DNA from: a virus
Lineage: Duplodnaviria > Caudoviricetes
Reading direction: 5' to 3' (one strand)
Virus record (IMG/VR): IMGVR_UViG_2756170314_000001
Span: 20,614 to 84,613 of that record
DNA: 64,000 nucleotides
Under the pieces are notes generated by a model that saw nothing but the letters and a program-made list of their open reading frames with translations, had not been told where the DNA came from and searched no databases. The stretch's first letter is position 1, and each line of letters starts with the position of its first letter. Of this stretch, positions 56,839-64,000 are shown piece after piece. A program made the translations under genes and the position numbers.

Positions 56839-59800
56839 ATGGCGACGACTGGAACCCCACTAGGAAATATGGTCATTCAATTATCAATGGATGGCACCCA
56901 GTTTTCTAATACTCTTCAAGGTATTAAGAGAGAAATTAGAGTTGCTCAAACAGCAATGAAAGCGAACCTTGAGATTCTTTCAAATGCTGGTGATGAATAC
57001 GCTCTATTAGAGAATAAGATTAAAGATCTTACTCAAATAATGGATGCGAACAAACGTAAAATTGATGAGTTACGTAGACAACACCAGAATGCCATTCAAA
57101 CTTATGGTGAAGGTTCAAAACAAGTTCAGCTATTAGCTTCACAAATCAACTCCGCAATTACCCGACAAGCTGCCTGGGAAAGACAGCTAAGAACTACCGA
57201 AGGTAGACTCGAAGATCTCAAATCTGGTACAGCAGATTTAAGACAAGAGATTAGTAACATTACTCGGGCTACTCAAGAGAATGTTGCTTCTTTAAATGCA
57301 AGTGGTAGGGTCTATTCGGCTCAACGTGCTAGAATTGACGGTTTATCCCAAACAGTTAACCATTACAATAACCTAATTGAAGTCCAAAGACAAAGAATCA
57401 ATAATCTATCAAATACTTTTGGTGAGAATGATTCGAGGGTTGAAGCAGCAAGGCAAGAACTCCAAAGGTATACTGAACAACAACAACGGGCCCAAGAACG
57501 TTTAGACCAATTAAGAAACAGATTTGACCGTATCTCCCCTTCTGTTGGAGAACTTTCTGATAACCTCGGACAGGTTTCTTCAAGAATGAGAGAAGTTTCA
57601 GATCGAGCCAGAAAAACTGGAGAAAAGATTCACGATATTGGTTCAAATATTAAAGAGTCTGTAGTTCCAATGACAGGTGCCCTCACTCTTGGACTGGGGT
57701 TTGCGACTAAGAGTGCCATGGATTTTGAATCCCAAATGTCAGCTGTAAAATCCGTTATGGCCCCAGATGAAGTAAACAAGTATGGGAAAGCTCTTGAAGA
57801 ACTTGCTGTTATCCAAGGTGCAAAAACAAAGTATAGTGCATTAGAAGCTGCCCAAGCTGAAGAAGAACTGGTTAAGGCCGGTGTTAGTGTAAAAGATATT
57901 ATCAACGGGGGTTTAAGTGGTGCCCTATCATTAGCTACAGCTGGTGGTTTAGAACTAAAAGATGCTGCAGAAATTGCTTCAACAGCATTGAATGCCTTCA
58001 GGGATGATAATATATCTGTAGCTGACGCTGCCAATATTTTAGCTGGTGCAGCAAACGCTTCTGCAACTGACGTTGGTGAATTAAAATACGGTTTATCAAT
58101 GGTTTCTGCAGTTGCTTCAGGTGTTGGTTTAAGTTTCAGAGATACCTCAACAGCATTAGCCGCATTCGCTCAAAATGGATTGAAGGGTTCAGATGCCGGT
58201 ACCTCCCTCAAAACAATGCTCCTTAACCTTTCCCCTCACACAAAAGCTGCATCAGATATGATGGATTCTCTTGGATTAGCTACAGCTAACACGAAAGTTG
58301 CTTATCAATGGTTAGTCGACCGTGGAATTAAACCGGCTTCAACAGAATTTAAAGATGTATCAGCAGCCGTTCAAAAATTAGCGAAAATCCAAGCTGGCCA
58401 TGGTGCTTCAGCTGCAAAAGTAGCTAAAGAGTATGACAAACTAGCAACATATTCTGGTTTGGCTTCAAGTGCTTTCTACGATGAAAATGGTAACCTTAAA
58501 AGCATTTCCGAAATCGCTGCCTTACTCAAGGATAGATTAAAAGACTTGAGTAATGAACAGAGACAACAAGCTCTAAATACTATGTTCGGTACCGATGCAA
58601 TCCGTGCTGCCAATATCCTTTATAAAGAAGGCGCTAAAGGCATGGATGATATGGCAGCTGCAATAGGAAAGATTTCAGCAGATGATGTTGCAAAAACCAA
58701 ACTCGATAACTTAAAAGGGACAATTGAACAGTTAAAGGGATCAGTTGAAACTGCTGGAATTACGATTGGACAAAATCTTACTCCAGCATTAAAAGTCGTT
58801 GCTACAGTTATTCAAAAAGTTGTAGATGTATTCAATGCCCTTCCTTCTCCTGTTCAACACTTTTTAGTTATTGGGGCAGCATTAGTCGCTGTCCTTGGAC
58901 TAATTGCAACTGCAATTGGATTTACTATGATCGGTATTGGTGGAGCGATTAAAGGTTTCGGAGAATTCGGGGCCATTGTCGCTAGCGCCACACGGAAAAT
59001 TGCTGAATCTGAAGCAATTATGGCAACTCTAGGTTCAGTCATGAACTTTGCTTTAGGGCCAATCGGACTCGCAATTGCAGCCATTTCAACCCTCGGAATT
59101 GCCTTTGCAGTTGCATATCAGAAATCAGAGACTTTCCGTAACTTCATAAATGGAATTGGAGCTTCTATTGGAACAGCCTTTTCAAAAGTGAAACAAGCTG
59201 TCTCCGGGATCTTTGCTTTATTTAAAGGTGATCAATCTAAAGGCAAAAGTCTCTTATCTTCTCTAATGCCTCCAGAAATGGTTAAAGTCATTGTCGATTC
59301 TGTAAATAAGATAAAATCGGCATTTTATAACATGACTGCCCCACTTACGAGCGCTTACGGCAAAGTTAAAACTGTTATAACTGGTATTTTCGCTTTATTC
59401 TCTGGTAACACCAAAAAAGGCACATCAATTTTATCAGGTGTCTTGAGTGCCAAAGACATTTCAAGTATCAGAAGTATGGTTGCTCAAGTTAGACAAGTAA
59501 TCATGTCTGTTATAACTTATATCAAAGCGAAAACTACTGAGATTCGTGCTTTCTGGCAACAGAACGGTCCGATGATAACAAAAGCTTTTATCAATATCTT
59601 CTCAGGGATAGTTAAAACGGTTACAACTGTTATGACTACTATCTTCCAGATTGTCGGTCCAATCCTCAAATCCCTCGTAGCTCTTTTCAAAGTCTTACTT
59701 CCCCCAATTTCAGTCGTATTCAAATTGGTATTTACGGTAGCCTTGGCTCTTATTAAGTCAGTACTGAATAACATCAAAGGTGTTATTGATGGAACACTTA

Positions 59801-61923
59801 ATGTAATTATGGGTATCGCGAAAGTTTTTGGTGGTCTATTCACTGGAAACTGGAAGAAGATGTGGGAAGGTATCAAACAATTGTTCTTTGGAGCTTTCCA
59901 ATTAATTTGGAATGCAATCCAATTAATGTGGTTCGGAAAAATGATTAAAGGCGCTGCCTTATTCATTGGATCCTTCAAAGCATTGTTTGTTGGTCTATGG
60001 AATATATTAAAGTCTGTTTTCAAGACTCCGATTAAGTGGATCGTTAATTTCTTGAAAGACAACTTTAATATCATGAAAAGAACAGCGAGTACAGTTTTTG
60101 GTGGAATCAAAACGGTTATCTCCAAAGTCTGGGGCGGAATCAAACTCGTGTTTACCACAGTAATTAAGTACATCGTTAAATTCTTAAAACTTGAATTTAA
60201 CGGTATGAAAGTTATTGTGACTACAATTTTCAAAGTAATAAGCAAAGTAATCTCTACAACTTGGTCAGTGATCAAGAAAATCTTTGTTACTACTGCGAAA
60301 TTTTTGTATAACACGGTGAGGACCCGATTTGGGAACATCAAAGACTTCATCGGAAAAGTTTTCAGTTGGATCTGGAATTTCGCTAAAAAAGCTTGGAGTG
60401 GAATTTCTAACGTAATCATCAAACCAGTTGTAAATGTCTTTAAAACAGTGGTTAAGTATTTCACCAATATTAAACAGAACGCCTTAAAAATCTTTGACGG
60501 ATTAAAGAAAGGTGCTCAAAACATCTGGACCAAGATGGTTGACGGCATCAAATCTTTACCTCGTCGGATGGGTGATGGATTAAAGAATGGCGCTAAAGCA
60601 ATCGGTAAGGGCGCCAAAGCCGTTGCTAAGATCTTGATTGAAGGATTGGCTAAAGGTGTCAATGGTGTAACTGGTGGCGTGAACTGGATCCTCGATAAAG
60701 TTCATGCTCCTAAGAAATTAAGAATTCCTAAATGGGATGTCCCAAAATATGCCCGTGGTACTGACAATCACCCAGGTGGACCAGCTATTGTTTCTGATGG
60801 TAAAGGCCCAAACAAACAAGAGTTAATAGCTCTTCCAAATGGCCGAATGTTCTTATCTCCTAAGAAAGAAACAATGTTGAATCTTCCTAAAGGAACATCG
60901 GTTCTTGATGGAAATAAAACAGCTGCTCTTCTTAAAATGGCACCTAAGTATTCAACCGGTATTGGTTGGCTTGATAGTGCATGGGATAAGACGAAAGAGT
61001 TTGCTTCTTCTGCAGCTTCTAAAGTGACAAATGTAGCAAAAGATATTTGGTCTTATGCAACTCACCCAACGAAGTTATTAGAAATGGCAATCTCTAAGTT
61101 CACTAAATTGGACGCCCTTAAAGATCCAACTCTCGGTATGGTTAAAGGTGCAGTTACATCTGTCAAAGACGGTGCCGTAAATTGGATCAAAGGTTTACTT
61201 ACAGCTGATAACCCACCAGGAAAAGGTGTTCAGCGTTGGAAACCTTTAGTTAAGAGAGCACTAGAGATGAATGGTCTATCAACAAGTACTGAAATGGTTA
61301 ATAAAGTTTTGAGACAAATTCAAACTGAATCTGGTGGAGATCCAAAAGCCGTTCAGCACGGTTATACAGATATAAACACGATTCGGGGGGATTTGGCTAA
61401 AGGCTTGATGCAAACTATCTCAAGTACATTCAATGCCTACAAGTTTAAGGGCCATGACAATATCTTTAATGGCTTCGATAACCTGTTGGCTGCCTTAAAC
61501 TATGCAAAACATAGATACGGTCCAACTTTATCAGCATTAGGGCAAGGACATGGTTACGCAAACGGAGGCATTGTTACAAGGGCACAAGTTGCGAATATTG
61601 CTGAGGGAAATAAACCTGAATCAATTATTCCACTTGACCCTTTAAAACGGACAAGGGCATTGCAACTGTTATCTAAAACTCAACAGATTTTAGGTGTTCC
61701 TAACGGATCGCAAGTAACAGTGAACAATGATTACTCTGAGGTTATTGCCCGACAAGATGCTCAGATTACCCTTATGCAGCAACAAATCACTCTCCTAACT
61801 CAATTATTGGCCAAAGATAACTCACTTTACTTAGATGGTAAAGAAGTTTATAACACCAATAAAAAGTATGCAGATCAAAAAACAAAATTAAGAAACTTAG
61901 CTAAAGGAGTGGTAACTACTTGA
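56839..61923 (+). CDS. Tape measure protein with C-terminal lytic transglycosylase domain
   Basis: TP901-type core (GLKGSDAGT), W/F repeats, TESGG...GLMQ. Confidence 0.95.
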   Translation: MATTGTPLGNMVIQLSMDGTQFSNTLQGIKREIRVAQTAMKANLEILSNAGDEYALLENKIKDLTQIMDANKRKIDELRRQHQNAIQTYGEGSKQVQLLASQINSAITRQAAWERQLRTTEGRLEDLKSGTADLRQEISNITRATQENVASLNASGRVYSAQRARIDGLSQTVNHYNNLIEVQRQRINNLSNTFGENDSRVEAARQELQRYTEQQQRAQERLDQLRNRFDRISPSVGELSDNLGQVSSRMREVSDRARKTGEKIHDIGSNIKESVVPMTGALTLGLGFATKSAMDFESQMSAVKSVMAPDEVNKYGKALEELAVIQGAKTKYSALEAAQAEEELVKAGVSVKDIINGGLSGALSLATAGGLELKDAAEIASTALNAFRDDNISVADAANILAGAANASATDVGELKYGLSMVSAVASGVGLSFRDTSTALAAFAQNGLKGSDAGTSLKTMLLNLSPHTKAASDMMDSLGLATANTKVAYQWLVDRGIKPASTEFKDVSAAVQKLAKIQAGHGASAAKVAKEYDKLATYSGLASSAFYDENGNLKSISEIAALLKDRLKDLSNEQRQQALNTMFGTDAIRAANILYKEGAKGMDDMAAAIGKISADDVAKTKLDNLKGTIEQLKGSVETAGITIGQNLTPALKVVATVIQKVVDVFNALPSPVQHFLVIGAALVAVLGLIATAIGFTMIGIGGAIKGFGEFGAIVASATRKIAESEAIMATLGSVMNFALGPIGLAIAAISTLGIAFAVAYQKSETFRNFINGIGASIGTAFSKVKQAVSGIFALFKGDQSKGKSLLSSLMPPEMVKVIVDSVNKIKSAFYNMTAPLTSAYGKVKTVITGIFALFSGNTKKGTSILSGVLSAKDISSIRSMVAQVRQVIMSVITYIKAKTTEIRAFWQQNGPMITKAFINIFSGIVKTVTTVMTTIFQIVGPILKSLVALFKVLLPPISVVFKLVFTVALALIKSVLNNIKGVIDGTLNVIMGIAKVFGGLFTGNWKKMWEGIKQLFFGAFQLIWNAIQLMWFGKMIKGAALFIGSFKALFVGLWNILKSVFKTPIKWIVNFLKDNFNIMKRTASTVFGGIKTVISKVWGGIKLVFTTVIKYIVKFLKLEFNGMKVIVTTIFKVISKVISTTWSVIKKIFVTTAKFLYNTVRTRFGNIKDFIGKVFSWIWNFAKKAWSGISNVIIKPVVNVFKTVVKYFTNIKQNALKIFDGLKKGAQNIWTKMVDGIKSLPRRMGDGLKNGAKAIGKGAKAVAKILIEGLAKGVNGVTGGVNWILDKVHAPKKLRIPKWDVPKYARGTDNHPGGPAIVSDGKGPNKQELIALPNGRMFLSPKKETMLNLPKGTSVLDGNKTAALLKMAPKYSTGIGWLDSAWDKTKEFASSAASKVTNVAKDIWSYATHPTKLLEMAISKFTKLDALKDPTLGMVKGAVTSVKDGAVNWIKGLLTADNPPGKGVQRWKPLVKRALEMNGLSTSTEMVNKVLRQIQTESGGDPKAVQHGYTDINTIRGDLAKGLMQTISSTFNAYKFKGHDNIFNGFDNLLAALNYAKHRYGPTLSALGQGHGYANGGIVTRAQVANIAEGNKPESIIPLDPLKRTRALQLLSKTQQILGVPNGSQVTVNNDYSEVIARQDAQITLMQQQITLLTQLLAKDNSLYLDGKEVYNTNKKYADQKTKLRNLAKGVVTT

Positions 61924-63584
61924 ACGAAGTAACATTTAATTTTTGTGGTTTTAACTCCAACACTGATCTTGATCTGATTGTAAATGACATCAAAAGAAAT
62001 GTCGGCCCAGAAATATCAGAGAACGTCCAAGACGTTCCTGGTATGATGGGTAAGATTTTTCAAGGCAATAGTTACGGTCAAAGGGTATTTGAAATTGATG
62101 CTACGATTAAAGCTACTTCTGAAGCTGACAGAGTTGATAAGATTCAACGTCTATCAAATCTAATCACCATAACTGGTGATGGAGAGTACCCTATGGTCTT
62201 TAGTGATGATGCTGAATACACCTATTATGGTCACTTTAGTCAAATATCTCAGGTATCAAGATTAAGCCAATCATCTTTTGATGGAACATTAACTCTCACT
62301 TTCTCCTGTTCTGACCCAAGAGGTTATGGTCAGTATATATCTCAAGATATAACTGAGAGCCCTGAAACAATCACCCCACAAGGTAACTCCGTAACATACC
62401 CTATCTTCACATGCATTCCTAAAAAGGACGTAACTAAAATCGCGATTTCTGATGAAGATGACAATTACGTTTATATTGGTCAAGATGTTGATCCAGATAC
62501 GGGTGATTCTCCAATCGACAAAGAACCAAGAGTTCTAAAAGATCCTTGTAATACTCTTGCTACTTGGACTGAAATCACTTCTTCTAATCTAACCTTCTAT
62601 ATTGAAAATGGAGTACCAGGTGGAACAATGACAAGTACTCCTAATGTGCTAAAACCTTCAAGTTTCGGTAGTAAAGTTGATGGTAAATGGCATGGACCAG
62701 TTAGACAACAATGGCTTCCTGCCAGTTATAAAGACTTTAGAGTTAGAGCCAGAATGAAGATTGTTTCTTACTATCCTCGTGCTATGGGAAAAATCGAAGT
62801 TTACTTGCTAGATTCTAATGGACGACGTATTGGAAAACTGATGCTTAAAGATTTAGGATCTACTGGTGAAATAACTATGGCTCAAGTTCAAGTTGGTTAC
62901 GATTCAAACGGGGTTCATCATGAAATTTATGCTTCAAATGGATCCGTTAAGAAAAAGAAGAAAACCACTAAAACCATCAAAGTCAAAAATGGTACGAAAA
63001 AAGTGAAGGTTAAAGGAAAAACCGTTACACAACAACAATGGAAAACCATCAAATTGGATGTTGATAATAGCACAAGTACTTTTACTGATTTCTATGGTTA
63101 CCTTCAGATGACTAAGATTGGAAACAAATATACAGCTGAGATTATGAAATTAGATGAGAATTGTAATCCAGCTTGGTCTAAGCCAATTAAAAAGACTTGG
63201 ACAGATACAAAAAATACTTTTGGTGATGCTCTAGCTGGGGTCGCATTTTATACAGCTAAATACGATATTAAGGAAGACAAAGTAGATCCAGCTGTTTCAT
63301 ATAAAAATGACTACCTTGCTCTTTGTGATATTGAAGTATGGAACATTATTGATGGCGGAAATTCATCATCCTCAAAACCTGCAGTAATTGCTCGTGAAGG
63401 AGATGAAATTAAGATTAATAGTGAAGACAGAACAGTCTATAAAAACGGTGACTTGTTTATGGAAAACTTTTATATCGGTAGTAAATTCTTCGATATGGAC
63501 GGTGGAGTTCCTAAATCTTTCGCCTTCGAACCGAATTTAGATGACGCAGAATGGTATATGGAATATACCCCAACAACTTTATAA
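61920..63584 (+). CDS. Distal tail protein (large, with insertion)
   Basis: Position, VPGMMG, FSCSDP. Confidence 0.8.
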   Translation: MNEVTFNFCGFNSNTDLDLIVNDIKRNVGPEISENVQDVPGMMGKIFQGNSYGQRVFEIDATIKATSEADRVDKIQRLSNLITITGDGEYPMVFSDDAEYTYYGHFSQISQVSRLSQSSFDGTLTLTFSCSDPRGYGQYISQDITESPETITPQGNSVTYPIFTCIPKKDVTKIAISDEDDNYVYIGQDVDPDTGDSPIDKEPRVLKDPCNTLATWTEITSSNLTFYIENGVPGGTMTSTPNVLKPSSFGSKVDGKWHGPVRQQWLPASYKDFRVRARMKIVSYYPRAMGKIEVYLLDSNGRRIGKLMLKDLGSTGEITMAQVQVGYDSNGVHHEIYASNGSVKKKKKTTKTIKVKNGTKKVKVKGKTVTQQQWKTIKLDVDNSTSTFTDFYGYLQMTKIGNKYTAEIMKLDENCNPAWSKPIKKTWTDTKNTFGDALAGVAFYTAKYDIKEDKVDPAVSYKNDYLALCDIEVWNIIDGGNSSSSKPAVIAREGDEIKINSEDRTVYKNGDLFMENFYIGSKFFDMDGGVPKSFAFEPNLDDAEWYMEYTPTTL

Positions 63585-63599
63585 AGAGGTGATAGCCTA

Positions 63600-64000
63600 A
63601 TGTATACAATCCTGGATCCGGATCTTAGAGTTTGTGGAGTCCTTGATTTAGAAGGAAACCTTGGTTGCAAATTCTACAACGACTTGAGATCAACAAAGAT
63701 TGCTGATGATCAAGGTAAAGTGTGGTTAGATACTTTACAACTCTCCGTACCTTATGGTTTTCCTCAAACAGATATGATGACATCTGGCTATCACCTTCTT
63801 GTAGAGGGTAATGACGGTTATCATTACTGCTATAGAATTTATAATTGGCAAGATGAAGCAGTAGGTCCCGTTCATGTCAAAACAGTTCAGGCATACAACC
63901 TTGCTATATGGGATTTTAACCATAAAATCGTTCCGGCGAAGACATTCAGTAATGCTAATAGTACTGATGCATTTTCTTATATCCTTCAAGGAACAGGATG
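63600..64000 (+). CDS. Tail spike/endopeptidase (Tal) N-terminus, truncated by window
   Basis: GAGGTG RBS, ATG 63600, open to end (MYTILDPDLRVCGVL...). Confidence 0.7.
   Translation, partial: MYTILDPDLRVCGVLDLEGNLGCKFYNDLRSTKIADDQGKVWLDTLQLSVPYGFPQTDMMTSGYHLLVEGNDGYHYCYRIYNWQDEAVGPVHVKTVQAYNLAIWDFNHKIVPAKTFSNANSTDAFSYILQGTG

Noticed and set aside
59517-60467. 316-aa minus-strand ORF
   Set aside because: Antisense shadow of the tape measure repeats

Overview
AT-rich segment of a Bacillus subtilis-group phage-plasmid of the pLS32/pBS32 family. I identified it from recalled protein features (AlfA/AlfB, SigN, ComI with Q12, RapP/PhrP ADRAAT), not from a database search. Positions 1-45.8 kb run mostly on the minus strand: partition genes, the sigma factor SigN with about 20 copies of its promoter (TTTACG-N14-GATAWA), a full replisome (DnaE, primase, helicase, SSB, RecJ, ligase, RNase H, RusA), a large nucleotide-metabolism set and accessory inserts. 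From 45.9 kb the plus strand carries an HK97-type siphovirus head-tail operon. Most notable: (i) a group I intron splits terL, and its GIY-YIG homing endonuclease has its own SigA promoter with a LexA box; (ii) comI has the architecture of a type I toxin-antitoxin locus with a predicted convergent antisense RNA; (iii) beside dnaE lie a ThyX with Ser->Cys in its motif and a miniature ThyA-like protein with a dCMP-type Asp, which with the kinase, pyrophosphatases, HD nucleotidase and deoxyribosyltransferases may form an undescribed pyrimidine-modification pathway; (iv) a strand-specific 12-mer, ACTCAACTACTA, recurs at about a dozen translation starts; (v) rapP encodes N236, the peptide-responsive form.
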